Shown: piece by piece, positions 1-10,712 of the stretch
How the letters are laid out: every line of letters starts with the position of its first letter
Numbering within the stretch: the stretch's first letter is position 1
Origin: Eledone cirrhosa
Lineage: Eukaryota
Assembly (NCBI GenBank): GCA_964016885.1
Contig: OZ024741.1
Coordinates: 258,974,001-259,038,000 of the forward strand
Direction of reading: 5' to 3'
Length of the DNA: 64,000 nt
Translations under genes and position numbers: made by a program
The notes under the pieces: generated by a model
Told to the model about the DNA's origin: nothing
Database searches by the model: none
Seen by the model: only the letters and a program-made list of their open reading frames with translations

Positions 1-897
1 AAATACTCGTAAGTCGGAACACCCGTAAGCCGAAACCCTCGTAGGTCGGAACACTCGTAAGTCGAAACACTCGTAAGTCGAAACACCCGTAAGTCGAAAC
101 ACTCGTAAGTCGAAACACCCGTAAGTCGAAACATCTGTAAGTCAAAACACTCGTATGTCGAAACACTCGTAAGCCGAGACACTCGTAAGTCGGAACACTC
201 GCAAGTCAGAACACTCGTAAGTCAGAACACTCGTAAGTCGAAACACTCGTAAGTCGAAACACCCGTAAGTCGAAACGCCCGTAAGTCAAAACACTCGTAT
301 GTCGAAACACTCGCAAACTGAAAAACCGTAAGTCAAAACACTCGTAAGTCGAAACACTCGTAAGCCGAAACACTCGTAAGCGAAAACATTCGTAAGTCGA
401 AACACTCGTAACCCGAAACACTCGTAAGTCGAAACACTCGAAAGCCGAAACACTCGTAAGTCGAAACACTCATAAGCCGAAACACTCGTAAGTCGGAACA
501 CTCGTAAGTCAGAACACCCGTAAGTCAGAACACTCGTAGTCAGAACACTCGTAATTCGAAACACTCGAAAGCCGAAGCACTCGTAATCCGAAACACTCTT
601 AATTCGAAACACTCGTAAGTCGGAAGACTCGTAAGTCAGAACACTCGTAAGTCAGAACACTCGTAAGTCGAAACACTCGTAAGCCGAAACATCCGTAAGT
701 CAAAACATCCGTAAGTCAAAACATTCGTAAGTCGAAACACCCGTAGTCGAAACACTCGCATGTCGAAACACTCGTAAGTCGAAACACGCGTAAGTCGAAA
801 CACATGTAAGTCAAATCACTCGTAAGTCAAAACACTCGTAAGCCGAAACACTCGTAAGTCGAAACACTCGTAAGTCGAAACACTCGTAAAGCGAAAC

Positions 898-967
898 GTA
901 TAAATAAAGATTAATGTAATGAATTTGAAAAGCATAGAGATTTGAAACCGCGTCTATTTGTTATTTT
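898..967. repeat. 70-bp AT-rich cassette copy 1 (GTATAAATAAAGATTAATGTAATGAATTTGAAAAGCATAGAGATTTGAAACCGCGTCTATTTGTTATTTT)
   Basis: Non-satellite sequence preceded by the variant monomer CGTAAAGCGAAAC and followed by CGTAAGTCG. Confidence 0.95.
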
Positions 968-1474
968 CGTAAGTCGAAACACTCGTAAGCCGAAACACTC
1001 GTGAGCCGAAACACTCGTAAGTCGGAACACTCGTAAGTCAGAACACTCGTAAGTCAAAACACTCGTAAGTTAGAACACTCGTAAGTCAGAACACGCGTAA
1101 GTCAGAACACTCGTAAGTCAGAACACTCGTAAGTCGAAACACTCGTATCGAAACACTCGTATGTCAAAACACCAGTAAGTCAAAACACTCGTAAGTCGAA
1201 ACACTCGTAAGCCGAAACACCGTAAGTCAAAACACTCGTAAGTCGAAACACTCGTAAGTCGAAACACTCGTAAGTCGAAACACTCGTAAGTCGAAACACT
1301 CGTAAGCCGAAACACTCGTAAGCCGAAACACTCGTAAGTCGGAACACTCGTAAGTCAGAACACTCATAAGTCAGAACACTCGTAAGTCAGAACACTCGTA
1401 AGTCGAAACACTCGTATCGAAACACTCGTAAGTCAAAACACCAGATCAAAAGGTTGAATTTTATGTGCATAACA

Positions 1475-1872
1475 AACACTCCCTGAAACATAAATAATAA
1501 ACATGTAAAGTTTGAAAAAAATCGGTTGGGTACTTCTCGCATTTTAGGGATTCAAACTCACAGACACACACACACACACACACAGACAGACATCCTCAGG
1601 GAAGTGACGTAATGCAGACAGCCAGACATACAGACAGATATTATAAGGGCACGACGTTATATGTATCTATCTAAAAAGAGAAAGACTAAGAATTATAGAG
1701 AGAGATCGCTAAATCGCCTAATGTGGTCCCTAGGGCATTGAAAATTTGAAATATTTTTTGCTCAGAACACTCCCTGAAACATAAGTATTACATGTGTAAA
1801 GTTCGAAAACAGTCGGTTGGGTGGTTCTCGAGTTTTAACGATTGAAACTCACACACAGACAGACATCCTCAG
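1475..1872. repeat. Diverged internal direct repeat in the cassette: 1475-1599 vs 1766-1872
   Basis: Both copies read AACACTCCCTGAAACATAA…TGTAAAGTT(T/C)GAAAA…TCGGTTGGGT…TTCTCG…GATT(C/G)AAACTCACA…CACAGACAGACATCCTCAG. Confidence 0.92.
1561..1592. repeat. (CA)n/(CAGA)n microsatellite in the cassette
   Basis: CAGA(CA)10GACAGACA in copy 1. The (CA) count is about 7 in copies 2-4 and 8 in copies 5-7. Confidence 0.9.
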
Positions 1873-1887
1873 TTTTATATATATAGA

Positions 1888-1924
1888 CTAGCAGAAAACC
1901 ACCCGGTGAGCGGTTTTCTGCTAG
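1888..1924 (-). other. Inverted repeat/hairpin: perfect 13-bp stem CTAGCAGAAAACC…GGTTTTCTGCTAG with an 11-nt spacer; present in all 7 cassettes
   Basis: Arms at 1888-1900 and 1912-1924 are exact reverse complements. On the minus strand the stem extends 4 more pairs (two G·T wobbles), leaving a 3-nt loop. Confidence 0.92.
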
Positions 1925-3774
1925 CAAATCTAGTGTATATACTGATATTGTTGAGATTTGGATGAGAAATGTTTTTGGCACCACATGTTCACCGTCTCTC
2001 GGTGTGTCTTTTATGCATGTATAAATATATATGTTATCTATACGGTGAAATCTTTGAAATAAATATATGTTAAAACGAAAAAGGAAAAAAAGAGATTAGT
2101 GACGGAAATATAAACGTTATGATATAACGATGGAAATCTATAAACGTTTACGATAAAACGAAGGAAATAGAAACGTTTATATATAATAAGCCGAAAGACT
2201 CGTAAGCCGAAACACTCGTAAGCCGAAACACTCATAAGTCGAAACACTCGTAAGTCGAAACACACGTAAGCCGAAACACTGAAACACTCGTAAGCCGAAA
2301 CACTCGTAAGTCGAAACACTCGTAAGCCGAAACACTCGTAAGCCGAAATAATCGTAAGTCAAAACATTCGTAAGCCGAAACACTCGTAAGTGGAAACACG
2401 CGTTAGCCGGAACACTCGTAAGTCGAAACACTCGTACGCCGAAACCCTCGTAAGTCGGAACACTCGTAACTCAGAACACTCGTCAGTCAGAACACTCGTA
2501 AGTCGAAACACCCGTAAGTCAAAACACTCGTAAGTCGAAACACTCGTAAGTCAGAACACTCGTAGGTCAGAACACTCGTAAGTCGAAACACTCGTATCGA
2601 AACACTCGTATGTCAAAACAACCGTAAGTCATAACACTCGTAAGACGAAACACTCGTAACTCGAAACACTCGTAAGTCGAAACACTCGTAAGTCGAAACA
2701 CCCGTAAGTCAAAACACCCGTAAGTCATAACACTCCTAAGTCGAAACACTCTTAAGTCGAAACACCCGTAAGTCGAAACACACGTAAGTCAAAACACTCG
2801 TATGTCGAAACACTCGTAAGCCGAAACACCGTAAGTCAAAACACTCGTAAGTCGAAACACTCGTAAGTCGAAACACTCGTAAGTCGAAACACTCGTAGGC
2901 CGAAACACTCGTAAGCCAAAACATTCGTAAGTCGAAACACTCGTAAGCCGAAACACTCGTAAGTCGAAACACTCGTAAGCCGAAGCACTCGTAAGTCGAA
3001 ACCCTCATAAGCCGAAACACTCGTAAGTCGGTAGACTCGTAAGTCAGAACACCCGTAAGTCAGAACACTCGTAAGTCAGAACACTCGTAAGTCAGAACAC
3101 TCGTAAGTCAGAACACTCGTATCGAAACACTCGTATGTCAAAACACCCGTAAGTCAAAACACTCGTAAGTCGAAACACTCGTAAGCCGAAACATTCGTAA
3201 GTCAAAACAATCGTAAGCCGAAACACTTGTAAGTCGAAACACCCGTAAGTCAGAACATTCGTAAGTCAAAACACTCGTAAGTCGAAACACTCGTAAGTCG
3301 AAACACTCGTAAGTCGAAACACGCGTAAGTCAGAACACTCGTAGGTCAGAACATTCGTAAGTCGAAACACTCGTAAGTCAGAACACTCGTAACACTCGTA
3401 AGTCGAAACACTCGTATCGAAACACTCGTATGTCAAAACACCCGTAAGTCATAACACTCGTAAGTCGAAACACTCGTAAGCAGAAACACCGTAAGTCAAA
3501 ACACTCGTAAGTCAAAACACTCGTAAGTCGAAACACTCGTATGTCGAAACACTCGTAAGTCGGAACACTCGTAAGCCGAAACACTCGTAAGTCGGAACGC
3601 TCGTAAGTCGGAACACTCGTAAGTCAGAACACTCTTAAGTCGAAACACACGTAAGCCGAAACACCCGTAAGTCAAAACACTCTTAAGTCAAAACACTCGT
3701 AAGCCGAAACACACGTAAGTCAAAACACTCGTAAGTCGAAACACTCGTACGCCGAAACACTCGTAAAGCGAAAC

Positions 3775-3844
3775 GTATAAATAAAGATTAATGTAATGAA
3801 TTTGAAAAGCATAGATATTTGAAACCGCGTCTATTTGTTATTTT
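3775..3844. repeat. 70-bp cassette copy 2
   Basis: Same sequence, AATTTG/GATATT allele. Confidence 0.95.
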
Positions 3845-4682
3845 CGTAAGTCGAAACACTCGTAAGCCGAAACACTCGTAAGTCGAAACACTCGTAAGTC
3901 GGAACATTCGTAAGTCGAAACACTCGTAAGTCGAAACACTCGTAAGTCGAAACACGCGTACGTCGAAACACCCGTAAGTTAAAACACTCGTAAGTCGAAA
4001 CACTCGTAAGCCGAAACACCCGTAAGTCAGAACATTCGTAAGTCAAAACACTCGTAAGTCGAAACACTCGTAAGTCGAAACACTCGTAAGTCGAAACAGT
4101 CGTAAGTCGAAACACCCGTAAGTCAAAACACTCGAAAGTCAGAACACTCGTAAGTCGAAACACTCGTAAGTCAGAACACTCGTAACACTCGTAAGTCGAA
4201 ACACTCGTATCGAAACACTCGTATGTCAAAACTCCCGTAAGTCATAACACTCGTAAGTCGAAACACTCGTAAGCAGAAACACCGTAAGTCAAAACACTTG
4301 TAAGTCAAAACACTCGAAAGTCGAAACACTCGTAAGTCGAAACACTCGTAAGTCGAAACACTCGTAAGCAGAAACACCGTAAGTCAAAACACTCGTAAGT
4401 CAAAACACTCGAAAGTCGAAACACTCGTAAGTCGAAACACTCGTAAGCCGAAACACTCGTAAGTCGAAACACTCGTAAGTCGTAAAAACTCGTAAGTCGA
4501 AACACTCGTAAGTCGAAACACTCGTAAGCCGAAACACTCGTAAGCCGAAACACTCGTAAGTCGGAACACTCGTAAGTCAGAACGCTCGTAAGTCAGATCA
4601 CTCGTAAGTCAGAACACTCGTAAGTCAGAACACTCGTAAGTCGAAACACTCGTATCGAAACACTCGTAAGTCAAAACACCAG

Positions 4683-5421
4683 ATCAAAAGGTTGAATTTT
4701 ATGTGCATAACAAACACTCCCTGAAACATAAGTAATAAACATGTAAAGTTTGAAAAAAATCGGTTGGGTACTTCTCGCATTTTAGGGATTCAAATTCACA
4801 GACACACACACACACAGACAGATATCCTCAGGGAAGTGACGTAATGCAGACAGCCAGACATACAGACAGATATTATAAGGGCACGACGTTATATGTATGT
4901 ATCTATCTAAAAAGAGAAAGACTAAGAATTATAGAGCGAGATCGCTAAATCGCCTAATGTGGTCCCTAGGGCATTGAAAATTTGAAATATTTTTTGCTCA
5001 GAACACTCCCTGAAACATAAGTATTACATGTGTAAAGTTCGAAAACAGTCGGTTGGGTTGTTCTTGAGTTTTAAGGATTGAAACTCACACACAGACAGAC
5101 ATCCTCAGTTTTATATATATAGACTAGCAGAAAACCACCCGGTGAGCGGTTTTCTGCTAGCAAATCTAGTGTATATACTGATATTGTTGAGATTTGGATG
5201 AGAAATGTTTTTGGCACCACATGTTCAAGCGTCTCTCGGTGTGTCTTTTATGCATGTATAAATATATGTTATCTATACGGTGAAATCTTTGAAATAAATA
5301 TATGTTAAAACGAAAAAGGAGAAAAAGAGATTAGTGACGGAAATATAAACGTTATGATATAACGATGGAAATATATAAACGTTTACGATAAAACGATGGA
5401 AATAGAAACGTTTATATATAA
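4683..5421 (-). mobile_element. ~740-bp cassette copy 2 (type B), junction at 5124/5123
   Basis: Near-identical to copy 1. Type-B markers are ATGTATGTATCT, GAGCGAGAT, TTCAAGCGTCTC and AAGGAGAAAAAG. Confidence 0.7.
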
Positions 5422-6605
5422 TAAGCCGAAAGACTCGTAAGCTGAAACACTCGTAAGCCGAAACACTCATAAGTCGAAACACTCGTAAGTCGAAACACAC
5501 GTAAGCCGAAACACTGAAACACTCGTAAGCCGAAACACTCGTAAGTCGAAACACTCGTAAGCCGAAACACTCGTAAGCCGAAACACTCGTAAGCCGAAAT
5601 ACTCGTAAGTCAAAACACTCGTATGTCGAAACACTCGTAAACCGAAACACTCGTAAGTCGGAACACTCGTAAGTCAGAACACTCGTAAGTCAGAACACTC
5701 GTAAGTCGAAACACTCATAAGTCGAAACACTCGTAAGTCGAAACACCCGTAAGTCGAAACACCCGTAAGTTGAAACACTCGTATGTCGAATAACTCGTAA
5801 GCCGAAACACCGTAAGTCAAAACACTCGTAAGTCGAAACACTCGTAAGTCGAAACACCCATAAGCCGAAACACTCGTAAGCCAAAACATTCGTAAGTCGA
5901 AACACTCGTAAACCGAAACACTCGTAAGCCAAAACATTCGTAAGTCGAAACACTCGTAAGTCGAAACACCCATAGCCGAAACACTCGTAAGTCGGAACAC
6001 ACGTAAGTCAGAACACCCGTAAGTCAGAACACTCGTAAATCAGAACACTCGTAAGTCAGAACACTCGTAAGTCAGAGCACTCGTATCGAAACACTCGTAT
6101 GTCAAAACACCCGTAAGTCAAAACACTCGTAAGTCGAAACACTCGTAAGCCGAAACACCGTAAGCCAAAACACTCGTAAGTCGAAACACCCGTAAGTCGG
6201 AACACTCGTAAGTCGAAACAATCGTATGTCAAAACACCCCTAAGTCATAACACTCGTAAGTCGAAACACTCGTAAGCAGAAACACCGTAAGTCAAATCAC
6301 TCGTAAGTCAAAACACTCGAAAGTCGAAACACTCGTAAGTCGAAACACTCGTAAGTCGAAACACTCGTAAGCCGAAACACTCGTAAGTCGAAACACTCGT
6401 ATGTCGTAACACTCGTAAGTCGAAACACTCGTAAGCCGAAACACTCGTAAGCTGAAACAATCGTAAGTCGGAACACTAGTAAGTCAGAACGCTCGTAAGT
6501 CAGAAGACTCGTAAGTCAGAACACTCGTAAGTCAGAACACTCGTAAGTCAGAACACTCGTAAGTCGAAACACTCGTATCGAAACACTCGTAAGTCAAAAC
6601 ACCAG

Positions 6606-7341
6606 ATCAAAAGGTTGAATTTTATGTGCATAACAAACACTCCCTGAAACATAAATAATAAACATTTAAATTTTGAAAAAAATCGGTTGGGTACTTCTCG
6701 CATTTTAGGGATTCAAACTCAGACACACACACACACACAGACAGACATCCTCAGGGAATTGACGTAATGCAGACAGCCAGACATACAGACAGATATTATA
6801 AGGGCACGACGTTATATGTATCTATCTAAAAAGAGAAAGACTAAGAATTATAGAGAGAGATCGCTAAATCGCCTAATGTGGTCCCTAGGGCATTGAAAAT
6901 TTGAAATATTTTTTGCTCAGAACACTCCCTGAAACATAAGTATTACATGTGTAAAGTTCGAAAACAGTCGGTTGGGTGGTTCTCGAGTTTTAAGGATTGA
7001 AACTCACACACAGACAGACATCCTCAGTTTTATATATATAGACTAGCAGAAAACCACCCGGTGAGCGGTTTTCTGCTAGCAAATCTAGTGTATATACTGA
7101 TATTGTTGAGATTTGGATGAGAAATGTTTTTGGCACCACATGTTCACCGTCTCTCGGTGTGTCTTTTATGCATGTATAAATATATATGTTATCTATACGG
7201 TGAAATCTTTGAAATAAATATATGTTAAAACGAAAAAGGAAAAAAAGAGATTAGTGACGGAAATATAAACGTTATGATATAACGATGGAAATATATAAAC
7301 GTTTACGATAAAACGAAGGAAATAGAAACGTTTATATATAA
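6606..7341 (-). mobile_element. ~740-bp cassette copy 3 (type A), junction at 7043/7042
   Basis: Near-identical to copy 1, with the same satellite flanks (…CACCAG| and |TAAGCCGAAAGACTC). Confidence 0.7.
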
Positions 7342-9001
7342 TAAGCCGAAAGACTCGTAAGCCGAAACACTCGTAAGCCGAAACACTCATAAGTCGAAAC
7401 ACTCGTAAGTCGAAACACACGTAAGCCGAAACACTGAAACACTCGTAAGCCGAAACACTCGTAAGTCGAAACACTCGTAAGCCGAAACACTCGTAAGCCG
7501 AAACACTCGTAAGCCGAAATACTCGTAAGTCAAAACATTCTTAAGCCGAAACACTCGTAAGTGGAAACACGCGTTAGCCGGAACACTCGTAAGTCGAAAC
7601 ACTCGTACGCCGAAACCCTCGTAAGTCGGAACACTCGTAACTCAGAACACTCGTCAGTCAGAACACTCGTAAGTCGAAACACCCGTAAGTCAAAACACTC
7701 GTAAGTCGAAACACTCGTAAGTCAGAACACTCGTAGGTCAGAACACTCGTAAGTCGAAACACTCGTTAGTCAGAACACTCGTAACACTCGTAAGTCGAAA
7801 CACTCGTATCGAAACACTCGTATGTCAAAACAACCGTAAGTCATAACACTCGTAAGACGAAACACTCGTAACTCGAAACACTCGTAAGTCGAAACACTCG
7901 TAAGTCGAAACACCCGTAAGTCAAAACACCCGTAAGTCATAACACTCGTAAGTCGAAACACTCTTAAGTCGAAACACCCGTAAGTCGAAACACACGTAAG
8001 TCAAAACACTCGTATGTCGAAACACTCGTAAGCCGAAACACCGTAAGTCAAAACACTCGTAAGTCGAAACACTCGTAAGTCGAAACACTCGTAAGTCGAA
8101 ACACTCGTAAGCCGAAACACTCGTAAGCCAAAACATTCGTAAGTCGAAACACTCGTAAGCCGAAACACTCGTAAGTCGAAACACTCGTAAGCCGAAGCAC
8201 TCGTAAGTCGAGACCCTCATAAGCCGAAATACTCGTAAGTCGGAAGACTCGTAAGTCAGAACACCCGTAAGTCAGAACACTCGTACGTCAGAACACTCGT
8301 AAGTCAGAACACTCGTAAGTCAGAACACTCGTATCGAAACACTCGTATGTAAAAACACCCGTAAGTCAAAACACTCGTAAGTCGAAACACTCGTAAGCCG
8401 AAACATTCGTAAGCCAAAACAATCGTAAGTCAAAACAATCGTAAGCCGAAACACTTGTAAGTCGAAACACCCGTAAGTCAGAACATTCGTAAGTCAAAAC
8501 ATTCGTAAGTCGAAACACTCGTAAGTCGAAACACTCGTAAGTCGAAACACGCGTAAGTCAGAACACTCGTAGGTCAGAACATTCGTAAGTCAAAACACTC
8601 GTAAGTCAGAACACTCGTAACACTCGTAAGTCGAAACACTCGTATCGAAACACTCGTATGTCAAAACACCCGTAAGTCATAACACTCGTAAGTCGAAACA
8701 CTCGTAAGCAGAAACACCGTAAGTCAAAACACTCGTAAGTCAAAACACTCGTAAGTCGAAACACTCGTATGTCGAAACACTCGTAAGTCGGAACACTCGT
8801 AAGCCGAAACACTCGTAAGTCGGAACGCTCGTAAGTCGGAACACTCGTAAGTCAGAACACTCTTAAGTCGAAACACTCGTAAGCCGAAACACCCGTTGTC
8901 AAAACACTCTTAAGTCAAAACACTCGTAAGCCGAAACACACGTAAGTCAAAACACTCGTAAGTCGAAACACTCGTACGCCGAAACACTCGTAAAGCGAAA
9001 C

Positions 9002-9071
9002 GTATAAATAAAGATTAATGTAATGAATTTGAAAAGCATAGATATTTGAAACCGCGTCTATTTGTTATTTT
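9002..9071. repeat. 70-bp cassette copy 3
   Basis: AATTTG/GATATT allele. Confidence 0.95.
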
Positions 9072-9973
9072 CGTAAGTCGAAACACTCGTAAGCCGAAAC
9101 ACTCGTAAGTCGAAACACTCGTAAGTCGGAACATTCGTAAGTCGAAACACTCGTAAGTCGAAACACTCGTAAGTCGAAACACGCGTAAGTCGAAACACCC
9201 GTAAGTTAAAACACTCGTAAGTCGAAACACTCGTAAGCCGAAACACCCGTAAGTCAGAACATTCGTAAGTCAAAACACTCGTAAGTCGAAACACTCGTAA
9301 GTCGAAACACTCGTAAGTCGAAACACTCGTAAGTCGAAACACCCGTAAGTCAAAACACTCGTAAGTCAGAACACTCGTAGGTCAGAACACTCGTAAGTCG
9401 AAACACTCGTAAGTCAGAACACTCGTAACACTCGTAAGTCGAAACACTCGTATCGAAACACTCCTATGTCAAAACACCCGTAAGTCATAACACTCGTAAG
9501 TCGAAACACTCGTAAGCAGAAACACCGTAAGTCAAAACACTTGTAAGTCAAAACACTCGAAAGTCGAAACACTCGTAAGTCGAAACACTCGTAAGTCGAA
9601 ACACTCGTAAGCAGAAACACCGTAAGTCAAAACACTCGTAAGTCAAAACACTCGAAAGTCGAAACACTCGTAAGTCGAAACACTCGTAAGCCGAAACACT
9701 CGTAAGTCGAAACACTCGTAAGTCGTAAAAACTCGTAAGTCGAAACACTCGTAAGTCGAAACACTCGTAAGCCGAAACACTCGTAAGCCGAAACACTCGT
9801 AAGTCGGAACACTCGTAAGTCAGAACGCTCGTAAGTCAGATCACTCGTAAGTCAGAACACTCGTAAGTCAGAACACTCGTAAGTCAGAACACTCGTAAGT
9901 CAGAACACTCGTAAGTCAGAACACTCGTAAGTCGAAACACTCGTATCGAAACACTCGTAAGTCAAAACACCAG

Positions 9974-10712
9974 ATCAAAAGGTTGAATTTTATGTGCATA
10001 ACAAACACTCCCTGAAACATAAGTAATAAACATGTAAAGTTTGAAAAAAATCGGTTGGGTACTTCTCGCATTTTAGGGATTCAAACTCACAGACACACAC
10101 ACACACAGACAGACATCCTCAGGGAAGTGACGTAATGCAGACAGCCAGACATACAGACAGATATTATAAGGGCACGACGTTATATGTATGTATCTATCTA
10201 AAAAGAGAAAGACTAAGAATTATAGAGCGAGATCGCTAAATCGCCTAATGTGGTCCCTAGGGCATTGAAAATTTGAAATATTTTTTGCTCAGAACACTCC
10301 CTGAACCATAAGTATTACATGTGTAAAGTTCGAAAACAGTCGGTTGGGTTGTTCTCGAGTTTTAAGGATTGAAACTCACACACAGACAGACATCCTCAGT
10401 TTTATATATATAGACTAGCAGAAAACCACCCGGTGAGCGGTTTTCTGCTAGCAAATCTAGTGTATATACTGATATTGTTGAGATTTGGATGAGAAATGTT
10501 TTTGGCACCACATGTTCAAGCGTCTCTCGGTGTGTCTTTTATGCATGTATAAATATATGTTATCTATACGGTGAAATCTTTGAAATAAATATATGTTAAA
10601 ACGAAAAAGGAGAAAAAGAGATTAGTGACGGAAATATAAACGTTATGATATAACGATGGAAATATATAAACGTTTACGATAAAACGATGGAAATAGAAAC
10701 GTTTATATATAA
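9974..10712 (-). mobile_element. ~740-bp cassette copy 4 (type B), junction at 10415/10414
   Basis: Shares the type-B diagnostic variants with copy 2. Confidence 0.7.

Larger units (their letters stand above)
1445..2186 (-). mobile_element. ~740-bp non-satellite cassette copy 1 (type A), containing a putative Helitron 3'-end/5'-end junction at 1888/1887
   Basis: The minus strand reads hairpin-CTAG then TCTATATATATAAAACTGAGGATGTCTGTCTGTGTG. The cassette also has (CA)n/(CAGA)n microsatellites and an internal direct repeat. No Rep/helicase ORF is present. Confidence 0.7.

Noticed and set aside
1888-1924. Rho-independent terminator or MITE terminal inverted repeats
   Set aside because: The context is eukaryotic satellite with no upstream gene or U-tract after the stem. 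The inverted arms are 11 nt apart rather than at the cassette ends, and there is no target-site duplication.
1990-2004. Small hairpin CACCG-TCTCT-CGGTG
   Set aside because: It has only a 5-bp stem and is disrupted in type-B copies, so it is likely chance.
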